From positions 62,001 to 126,000 of the forward strand of contig JALDTO010000246.1 of the NCBI GenBank assembly GCA_023515725.1: DNA of 64,000 nt, given 5' to 3'. This document shows, one piece after another, positions 54,495 to 64,000 of the stretch. The notes below the pieces were generated by a model. The model did no database searches. It was not told the origin of the DNA and worked only from the letters and a program-made list of their open reading frames with translations. Each line of letters opens with the position of its first letter. Position 1 is the first letter of the stretch. The DNA is from Amoeboaphelidium protococcarum X5. Lineage: Eukaryota > Fungi > Aphelidiomycota. The position numbers and the translations under genes were made by a program.

Positions 54495-55466
54495 TCAATC
54501 TTCATCCATATGTAATCCTTCATATAAATCTTCAGTATACTGATTAGGAGTAGTCGTTGGCGAGGATTGGTATGCCTGCTGAACGATGTGATGAATGATT
54601 CGATAAATCGTGGTGATTTCGCCTTCAACCCATTTGTTAGGTATGTCTAAGAAATACTGACCCGACTGAAAAAGTTGACCGCCATTATCGATATGAATAA
54701 ACTTCCAATTATTTCCGTTCAATAGCATTCCCCATACATGTGCATTAATTTTCTTCTTGTTTTTGCGTATTTTGTGGAGAGTTGCTGCCTCAGCAACGCA
54801 TTGCCAAATCGATTCATTCGGCCAGTCTTTTTTGGTTTCGAAAACGATTAAATGAGAATCTTTAGGGGGAGAATATTCATCTAAAGGCATATTTCCTGCA
54901 TGTACAATGGTATAATCGATATCGCCATTCAGTTTCCTCTTCCTATTCGCATCCGTCACCGCCATATTCAATTAGCAAAAAATACGCATCTTATCAAACT
55001 CATCACGAGCAACAACATCACGCAGAAACAAATCAATCACAGTTCGTCGACTTGCTTCTCAATTTAGAGACCAAACTCTGTTGTTTTTGCGCAACTGAGC
55101 TAGAAAATCATCCGAAGGGTTGACTGATTCATCCAGAGTAAAGGGCGGATATGGCTTCGAATGGACATTCACGCCTGTAATTTCAGCAATTTCTTGAGCT
55201 CTGGCCGCAGTAAACGGAATACTTTAGACTCCATTGTCTCCAAGTAAAGCTTATTATTTCTCCGTCAGTGAATCCATATATTTGCGCAGGCTGATGAGCT
55301 CAGTGGCGGCCGATTCCAATAATGCTTTTGCCCTATAAATTTCAATATCTCCTGATGCATCCAGCCTCTCCTTTGCTACGTTTCTTTCTATTTTCGCTAA
55401 ATTGATTTCTTGTCGAAGAGCAGTAATTGCTGCCGTCACTTCGTTAAGTTGCTGTTTTGATTTCAT
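54495..55466 (-). pseudogene. Crinkler-like protein: N-terminal coiled coil plus PD-(D/E)XK restriction-endonuclease-fold domain; in-frame TGA at 55059-55061
   Basis: Heptad N-terminus; N[TGA]EASRRTVIDLFL...LNGDIDYTI...LIVFETKK...IWQCVAEAA...VWGMLLNGNNWKFIHIDN; both track ORFs are in one frame. Confidence 0.7.
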
Positions 55467-55848
55467 TGTCTTGAGTGTAGAAAAGAGAATTTGCAAATCT
55501 GACCAATCCTTTTGTGAGTGTGTCAGATTTGAAGACATGCGCGCGTGGAGAGAGACTCTAAAATCCCTTAAAGCTTAGTTCTATGCATTTCAATATCACT
55601 ATCCATATGAGCTTTTCAATTGGACGCGATTGTAAACGTGTGTAGTAATATACTGTGAAGATACTAGCTTCGAAATACGCCAACATAGTAACTAAGGGTA
55701 GATTATACTTATTCAAGTTGTTATAAATATACTTCATTGAAGACAAATTTGCTATATATAGTGACTAGCCGTCCCTGACAACACGAATTTGGCATATGTA
55801 TTTTGGAACCGATTTTTCTGATAAGCCCGTACGCCACGGCCGTGATGC

Positions 55849-55882
55849 TATAAATAGCCACACTCCCAACCGCCCCAAGTCT
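55849..55882 (+). promoter_or_regulatory. Putative TATA box and downstream motif shared with the paralogous kinase promoter
   Basis: GCTATAAATAG...CCCAA...CGCC..CCAAGTCT also present at 58875-58917. Confidence 0.55.
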
Positions 55883-56003
55883 TTTGCCGCCCACGCCTGT
55901 TGAGGTCCGGGATAATTATAGTTTTATCTTTATAAGACAATAGAGTGCACGCCATATTGCTATTTTGATAAACTGTTATTGTTAAAAATTCAGCCCATCC
56001 ATT

Positions 56004-58568
56004 ATGAACATCCAATATGTAACAAACTCGTATCATTGCAGCCGCGCGCTAATGCGCGAGTCAGATGGAATGTTATTGATCACTTGTGTTGTCACAAATT
56101 ATAGAAATTTCATTGCTGTTATTAATCCTCTAAGTGGTGCAATTGTTTCTGAATGGACATGGGCCACCGCAAATGGGCAAGATTATATAAGGGACTTTGC
56201 TATTAACGCGGCGACCGGAAACATCATCGCAGTCGGAGGCACGGCAGTTAAGTCGTAAGGTATCCTCTATCCCCAGTCACAAGTCTCAATTTTGAGTTCA
56301 ACTGGGTCTCTGCTTGTGGTAAAGTAAATGAGTAGTGGAGGACGAGATACCGAAGTTGCGAAAGCAGTCGCTCTTCACCCTTAAAATGGGTCAATATTCG
56401 TTGGCGGTTTTACTACAGGACTTCTCCCTTAATCTCAATCGCTTTTAATTAATGGAGGTAATTCATCAGATTTGTATTTGGCTAGTCTAGATCCTGTTAC
56501 TTTGAATATAATTTGGATCAAATAATTTGGTAGTAGTGCCAACGGTGATCTTCTATCATCAATTGTCGCCACTAACGATACCGTGTATGTCTGTGGCAGT
56601 TTGAGCCTCCCGTCTAGTTATCGCGGCTTTGTTAACGCGTTTGATCTTAATGGTAATCTGAAGTGGAATTACAGTTTATTTCCAGTAGACTTTGGTTAGT
56701 CTTAGCAGTTGACAAAGCTCTAAATCTTTGATGAATATCTGTATGTTTCGGGACACGCTAAAGGCTAGTTAAGTAATGTAAGTATGGCCGCGTAGAGCTT
56801 GTTTGTGATTAGATTTAATAGTTTAAACGGCTCTATTGATAACACGTGGCAATTCATATCTTAATCATCCGTAGATTAGACTAGTGCGGACTTTTAAATC
56901 GATCCTTTGACGCGCAATTTATTGATTTATGGAAATTAACTAGGCACTGATCTACTTTTGACTGTGTCTCGGGATGGCGCTCTTGTAGAATCAGCGTCGC
57001 ATTTTATCAGTGCTGATGCGCGCGGCTTGGTCATTAATAATAATTAGAAGAATTTGGTCTTGACTGGACAAGATGTTTCTGGGTTTTATGCTGTTATGGA
57101 CTTGCCGTGGTAAGAGATTGCTTACTCGTCTATTATTTAACCGATTGCTACATCATCATCAACCTTACCATCTACATCAAAATCGACTGTAAATTTCCTA
57201 AGCTCTACATCTGTCGATGCATCATACTCGAGTACATTGGTTGGGGTAACTGAAAGTTCCCTTGGCATTATTTATAATGCATCGTCAAGTACATAATCCT
57301 CTAGTCTTCCCACATTGGTAACTTCGAAGTCTTCTAATTTAGTTACCACCACCGTTCTAGCGTCATCAAGAACGCTGGTCTCTCCTTCAAGTGCTAGCAT
57401 TACTCAGAATAATGTGATATTCACCTATGATACTGCGGTTAAGGACAAACTAGTTACTACTAGTGCGGCGACTTCTAATGTAATTGGCGGATCAGCCGTG
57501 AATGTCAATTAGAGCTCTTTATTCCTATATGCTTTATATGCCTCTATCCCTGTATTATTTCTCATTTTGCTAATTGGTATAATTTTGGTTAGAAGGCGGA
57601 TTAGATAGAAAAGAGCGAAGAGACATTAATATCCTGAATAAGCAGTGTCTACCGAGTTTAGTGAAGCGAATGGGGTTTCTATTGTGCCTAGTAATTATGA
57701 AGTCATTGCTCTCAATGAATCAAAATACTCTAAAACTGGATATACTGATTTATCAGGGACAACTCTGTTTAGAACTCAAGGAGAAATTTCCATACCCGCA
57801 TATTTAAAGATGTAGTAGATCAAGGATTTTAAACGAGGGAAACTAATAGCAATTGGTGGTGGTGGAATGATATATGAGTGTCAAGTCATCAGCAACGAGC
57901 TGAAGCAACTTTCTTCTAACCACAATGCTTTAATTGTAAAAGTGATGTAGAACCACCAAAGTCCAGAGATGATGACTGCTTTCTATCAAGAGCTGTCTCT
58001 ATTATAATATTTCAAAAGCTGTCCTCAAGTAGCACAAGTAATTGCTTACACTCCAACACCTCCATGTATTTTGATGAAGTATTACTAAGCTGGATCGTTG
58101 GCTGATCTCATATCAGGAACTTCAGTCATTTGTGGCAGAGTTGACTAGTGTCTTAAAGCACCAAATTTGTGGCTAAAAATCATTGGTGATATTGCACGCG
58201 GGCTATCGTTTATCCATAATTTACAAGTTGCTCATTGTGATATAAAGTCTGCCAATATATTGCTGGATGTCACTGAAAATCATTCGATTCAAGTATCCGC
58301 CGTCATTACCGATTTCGGTCTATCTCGCATAGTTGACTCGTAATCGTTGCTTGTTAAAGAGTTCAAAGTATCAAAGGTGAAAGGAGGCTCGTAGTCCTAT
58401 GCATCTCCAGAAGTATTCATGATACTTCGTAGCCAAAAAGGTGATAATATTTAGAGCACAAATTTTGGACAGTCATCCTCCATCGCTTCAGTGCTCAAGG
58501 CATCCGACACGTTTGCGTTTGCTGTCGTCCTTAATGAGTGTCTAAATCATAGATTAGCTTGGAAGTGA
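56004..58568 (+). CDS. Receptor-like kinase 1: SBBP-like beta-propeller, Ser/Thr stalk, single TM (~57515-57590), TKL-type kinase, 854 aa
   Basis: DLYLASLD...IWIKQFGSS...VYVCG; YASIPVLFLILLIGIILVRRR; IAIGGGGMIY, VKVM, FYQELSLL, AHCDIKSANILLD, TDFGLS, YASPE, SDTFAFAVVL. Confidence 0.85.
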
Positions 58569-58876
58569 TATGATGAAAGTATTTTGATGCTTTATTTCGA
58601 ACGTTAATACAATATTTCAGACGGCACTGAGTTTTTAAATCTACAGAGAATAAGTGTCTTTCTATATATAGATGCGATGACCGCCTATTGCGTTAAACTA
58701 GCGATAGTTTCATAGTTCCGTTTTAACATCATTGTGTGTGACAATAGATGGATGCTATCTCATTCTTCTTATATAACATTAATTTTTCATTTATTGGGCT
58801 CGTAGATAGCGCAATCAAGTTCCTAAATTTAGACCGGTGATATGTGCAGCTGCGTAGTTGAAGAATTCTATCAGGC

Positions 58877-58917
58877 TATAAATAGTGAAGCAGCCCAAAT
58901 TTCGCGCCTCCAAGTCT
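58877..58917 (+). promoter_or_regulatory. Putative TATA box and downstream motif of receptor-like kinase 2
   Basis: TATAAATAG...CCCAA...CGCCTCCAAGTCT, matching 55849-55882. Confidence 0.55.
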
Positions 58918-58999
58918 GTTGAGTGTCCTCTTTGTATTCTCTTCTATTTTTGCATTATAGACTGCATTTACAAGGTGCAAAGCGAATATAGAATTGCTA

Positions 59000-61921
59000 A
59001 TGAGTGCCATCTAGTTATCGGATACTTCGTCTTGCTCGTCCGTTGCTTATAGAGAAATCGACTCCGTGTTTGTTTTGGCATGTATGCCCACTCTATATGG
59101 TAATCAGTTGGTATTCGTCAACGCTACGAATCTCTCTATTATCCAGCAGGTTAACTGGGCTGTGCTCTCAGAATATGATTACCTTTTGTATGTAGCCATT
59201 AATCAAACTACCGGTAATGCTGTTGCTGTTGGCTCTTGTTTTACTGGTATTAACTACAACGCAGCGGTGTCTTTAGTGAGTAGGAATGGTTCTGTGATTT
59301 CTACCAGAAATTTTGGCGGTAACGGTGATGGAATTCAGGTGTCAAGCGCAGTGTCTATTAATCCAATTAGTGGCGAAATATACATAGGTGGTAGTGCCTC
59401 AGGACTAATTGCGTCGGCACAGACAGTGTAAGTCAATGGCGGTAATTCTAATAATTTGTTTATTGCGAAATTTACTGCAGATGCCTCAAGCATGGTCTGG
59501 GTCAAATAGTTTGGCAATTTTGCAGGTTCAGATTCAGTTTTTTCTGTAGTAACAGATTCTGATACGGTCTACATAGGTGGTGGTATATATTAAGGCAGTT
59601 ACTATAGAGGCTTTATAAATGCCTTCAATGCTAACAATGGAGACGTCAGATGGAATTAAAGTTCATACCATCTAAGTAGTTCGTAAGGACTAACCATAAT
59701 GCATCTTCAGCTCATTGGTGACGATTTGTACGCTGGTGGTTAATACAGAGGGGCTTTTTATAGTCTCTCAGCTGCTGTGGACAGTCCCTTCATTCTCAGA
59801 TTATATGCTAGTAGTGGTACAATTGATAGCACATGGCGCTATCAAACTAATGAAACAAGTCTTCTTCAGTTATCTGCATTTAATGTCGATACTTCATTGG
59901 ATAGAATTATAATTGCTGGCAAAGCCTTATCCTCGGATTTTATTAAGGTGGTGTCCATGAATGGTGCAATGATTAACTCTTCCATCGTTTCGTCTAATGG
60001 CTATATAAAATAAAGTGCCCTGGACAGTATGCAGTAGAAAATGCTGGTGGTTGGTGTTGACTAGGCTACTTCAAAAGGATATTTTGCTGCAATTAATTAT
60101 GTCGATTTTATTAGTGTGCCAACTGCCACCTCTACGTCCTCTATCCCACTGTAAGTAACCGCGTCTGTTCCCACAACAACAACTACTACTACAGCTACAA
60201 CTACAGCTACGACAACTAGTGCAACTACTAGCGTAACGATAATAACGACAGTATCAAGTGTAGCATCTAGCTCTGGGAGTAGCGTCGCCTCTACGTCCTC
60301 TATCCCACTGTAAGTAACCGCGTCTGTTCCCACAACAACAACTACTACTACAGCTACAACTACAGCTACGACAACTAGTGCAACTACTAGCGTAACGATA
60401 ATAACGACAGTATCAAGTGTAGCATCTAGCTCTGGGAGTAGCGTCGCGTCCACCACTCTTTCAGACACTGCTGTATAGCCTTCTGCGACTAGCTATGCGG
60501 CAAATTAATCTTCTGCTACTTTTGAAAGCAACTTTGCATCTGTTAGTTCTACGGAGTCCATCTCTGCATCATTGATATTGCCTCTGACAATTTCATTGAG
60601 TAAATCTGTCTAAGCATCTTAAGTAGAGAGCATAAATGTTCTGGAGTTGACAAGCACAGTGTCGATTGTCAAAGTCACAACATCCTCAGCCAACAGTAGA
60701 TCGTAAGTGCCCTCCAGTGTTAATGCAGTTAACACCTAGTCTAGCTCAAATTAGATTGTGTTTCTAACAAATTCAATCTAAAATTTCAAGTCTAGCTTAA
60801 CATCTACAGGAACGATTATAAATGGTGTTCAAGATCAACAACAAGCCAATGGTTTTAACAGTACTATCTGGATTGCTGCGGGAGCTGGAGGTCTTTTTTT
60901 TGTAGTTATTTGCTTCGTTGTAGTTTTGTTGGCATGTAGAAGAAGGTCCAGCGGTAGAAAATAATTCATGAATTAGTTCCAAAATGTCACAAGTGCGTCG
61001 TATTCAGGTCAGGATGCCACTGGATTCACGGTGTAAAATACCAGTGCATCTGAAGCTACGACTGCAAGCAAAGCTCTTGCTGATAGAACTACTCTTACAT
61101 TCAATTCTACTTAGATGAATACGACATGGATGTCTGGTACTACCTGGCTGCGCACTGAAGCTGAGATTGCAATTCCGGGGTATCTGAAATTCTAGTATCT
61201 TACTGATTTCAAGCCTGGAAGACTAATCGCTGCCGGTGGAAGTGGCCTCATTTATGTGTGTTAGCTTGTGAATACAGAACTGCAACAGAGAGCAAATAAT
61301 GTATCAACCATCGTCAAGGTGATGTAAGATCAGAATAATGAAGGGCAAATGTCAGCATTTTATCAGGAGCTGTCGCTTCTGTGGTACTTTCGCGATAATC
61401 CATACATTGCCAAGATGGTTGCTTTTGCATCTGCACCTCCGTGCATCATAATGAAACAATATTAGTCTGGATCATTGGTCGATGTGCTATCAGGCAAGTC
61501 TGATGTCTGCCGCTATGTTAACGGTCGATCTGTAGCTGGATATTTGAAGATCATTAAGGATGTTTCTTTAGGCTTGCAGGCCATCCATGCAGCTCAAATT
61601 GCTCACTGCGACATGAAATCTGGCAATATATTGATTGACTTTGATGACTATTATGGATTATCTGCGGTGATTACCGACTTTGGGCTGTCCAGGATTATTG
61701 ATCCTCAGTCGATGCTGGTGAGGGAATTTGTAGTATCAAAGTTGAAGGGTGGGTCATTTGCTTACGCTGCGCCAGAAGTCTACTTGATGCTTGACTAATC
61801 GACGTTCACGGTGTCTAATTTGAGTAAAAGACCGAATGGTACTTTAGTTAAAGCCTCGGATGTGTACGCGTTCTCTGTTGTAATTTACGAATGCCTACAT
61901 AGAAAATTGGCATGGAAATGA
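59000..61921 (+). CDS. Receptor-like kinase 2, tandem paralog: beta-propeller, expanded Ser/Thr stalk, TM (~60860-60935), TKL-type kinase, 973 aa
   Basis: NLFIAKFT...VWVKQFG...VYIGG; WIAAGAGGLFFVVICFVVVLLACRRR; IAAGGSGLIY, FYQELSLL, AHCDMKSGNILID, TDFGLS, YAAPE, SDVYAFSVVI. Confidence 0.85.
60129..60447 (+). repeat. Exact in-frame 159-bp (53-aa) tandem duplication in the mucin-like stalk of kinase 2
   Basis: CCTCTACGTCCTCTATCCCACTG...GGGAGTAGCGTCG begins at 60129 and again at 60288. Confidence 0.92.
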
Positions 61922-62044
61922 ATGAATGAAAGTTGATGAACATGTAAGAATGGGAATGAAATAGTTTTGAGTGACAGAAATAGTTATAGAAATAAAATAG
62001 ATTCGTAAATATTTTCACATCTTGTCTTGATTAATGCTTAAGAT

Positions 62045-63136
62045 TCATATTCGAATTATCTTTATACAGCTGTGTGATCGCGGCTCTATCGATCCTCCAC
62101 AAACATCGAGTTCCTGATCAAATATTCGCGAACCTGAGCAGGTGGCAATCAATCGCTAACTTTGAGGATTTACTGAGACACATGAGAGATTTGACTAATG
62201 TAGTGTAACAGATTATAACTATTGAGCCTCATCATTTCGAAAAGTAGATTATGTAAGAGCACCGCTATCATCACCATAAAGCAAAGATTCACTCCCAGTA
62301 TACGGGTCCACTTGTATGTCCATAAACAATCGCTATGTTGTGACAAAGTCGCGTTAAAGCTAGTGCAAAGCATCGTCCATCCATCGCGTGTCAAATACCT
62401 TGATGTCAGTTGAATTTCGATATGAGACACATATCTGAGGCGTAGACTTTGAGAACTTTACTTGATTAACTCCATTACATGAACCTTTAAAACAAGTAAT
62501 CAACCGTTACGATACCAAATCCAAAAGTCCCAAGTTACTCTAAGACGGCTGATTATGAAAAGTACCGATAGCACACAGATTATGTAATACCTCAATAGAA
62601 GACACCAAACCTTTGACTCCGTCTTGACACTTGCGATTCTCGGTCAATTTTATAACGCCATCATCAGGACCGTACTTGCCCGGTCGTTATAGATCCAAGA
62701 GGCGAATATGATTCTCGTAACCAGCAATAATCTTGCCTCCATCAGAGTTGAATTTCACTCTCAGAGGTCCGAACAATTCATCATACTAATTATAAGTGGA
62801 ATACGAGGCGCGCAAATATCCACCAGATGCATCATATAAACGAACAGGCAGCCTGTTAGAGCACGACATAAAGCAGCAAGTTTCGGGTACACTACTGTCC
62901 ATAAGAGGAAACCAATCGTAATCATACACAACAGATTCACCGCGTATCTCCACTACATGAGACTCATCCACACACTCTATAAATTAATCAAATGGCCGAT
63001 AGATCCTCACAATTCCATCTTCAGCATTGCTCAAGAGACGTTGCCCATCTGGCGAAAAGTCGACGCGGCTAAAGAAATTCTATTGATCCAAATCTAGTGG
63101 CGCATTTATCTCTTTAATCGTATCCCACTACATCAT
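62045..63136 (-). CDS. WRAP53: WD40 protein WRAP53/TCAB1 (telomerase Cajal body protein 1-like), 363 aa
   Basis: NFFSRVDFSPDG...NAEDGIVRIY, VVYDYDWFPLMDSSVPETCCF...PVRLYDASGGYLRASY, IRLLDLQRPG, LIATCSGSR. Confidence 0.85.
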
Positions 63137-63320
63137 ACGAGATTTAAGTTGGTTACTCTTAGGTATATTTCAACACTGTAAAAACAAAAAAAGAACTGGT
63201 ATCACAATTGGTATAAATTCAATTGTATCGCAAAATATAATTTTATTATTTCAACTAAAAATATTCCACCTAGAGTACTAAATCGCTAACTTCCATATAA
63301 CCGTAAGATCAATCAATCAA

Positions 63321-63806
63321 TCAATCAGCCTTTGCAGTGGTAGCGGTAGATCCCTTGGACAAAAGCACAGGTCTTACCACAGTCTAGTACAAGACAAGTG
63401 CACCCTTAGTCTATGGCCATAGCAAGTAAATCAAAGCTGCCAACTTGACAATGTAATAGAAAGGAAACCATTTCTAGATCATCTCACTAAATACATCCAG
63501 CATGGACAAGAATGAGTACAGAACCCAATAGACAAGCAGCTGGCCCTCAGTGTCCTTGTCAGCAGACTTGCTAGTCAGCAGAGATTCAACAGTGCTGAAA
63601 GTCAGAGCAGCAGGGTAGATAAAGCCAATAACATTGACAATGAAAGCTGGTGCGACATTCAGAAAGATGAGGGTCAGGAGAATGAAGGCAAGAGCAACCA
63701 CAGCATACACCTTAGGAACTCCAGTCTATTGCTCCAACTATTTCAACACTGGAAATTTGGACAATTCAGCATCCAATTTGCTTTAATACATCTAAACTTG
63801 ATCCAT
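63321..63806 (-). CDS. YOP1: ER-shaping protein Yop1/REEP5 (TB2/DP1), 161 aa
   Basis: LDAELSKFPVLKQLEQQTGVPKVY...NVIGFIYPA...LLVYWVLYSFL...WFPFYYIVK...PQTKGALVLY. Confidence 0.93.
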
Positions 63807-64000
63807 ATTGAGCGATTAATTTTCTTGAAATCAATATAATTTTCTAATTCTGAACAATGAGTTGTTGGAGTAAAAATCCGTAATGGAAAGAATGAAGATT
63901 GTGTTGTTTGCCACACAGAACAGACAGTAAGGACGACAACGTTCGCGATTCGCCTGACGACCACTTGCGCTCTGATTAAGCGAACGACAAAGAACGACAG

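Noticed and set aside
55059-55061. Selenocysteine at the in-frame TGA codons (also 40440)
   Set aside because: Not a redox motif context, no SECIS recognised, and the 40440 gene also has a frameshift.
60097-60468. Val-rich 123-aa minus-strand 'membrane protein'
   Set aside because: Reverse reading of the Thr-rich duplicated stalk.

Overview
Gene-dense, AT-rich eukaryotic (fungus-like opisthokont) nuclear DNA that does not use the standard code. TAA and TAG are read as Gln and TGA is the only stop, which is why the supplied ORF track is fragmented. Examples are Rab7 DTAG[TAG]ERF[TAA]SLG, V-ATPase a LAHA[TAG]LSEV and RPL13 KDW[TAA]RRVK. This code with fungal-like genes best fits the aphelid Amoeboaphelidium protococcarum (inference from known biology, not a database hit). 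Re-read with translation table 6, the window holds about 30 mostly single-exon housekeeping genes with few, short GT-AG introns of 56-86 nt. Accessory content: two inverted copies of a decayed CRE-like non-LTR retroelement (1-~905 and ~35345-37250), and a tandem pair of GRDP/DUF1399-like genes carrying alternative ubiquitin-like or SUMO-like tails. There is also a Crinkler-like coiled-coil/PD-(D/E)XK gene with an in-frame TGA, and two tandem receptor-like kinases (beta-propeller, S/T stalk, TM, kinase truncated after subdomain IX, no obvious signal peptide). Several genes carry lesions, including an ADCK1 gene with a 14-nt frame disruption. All coordinates and translations were worked out by hand.
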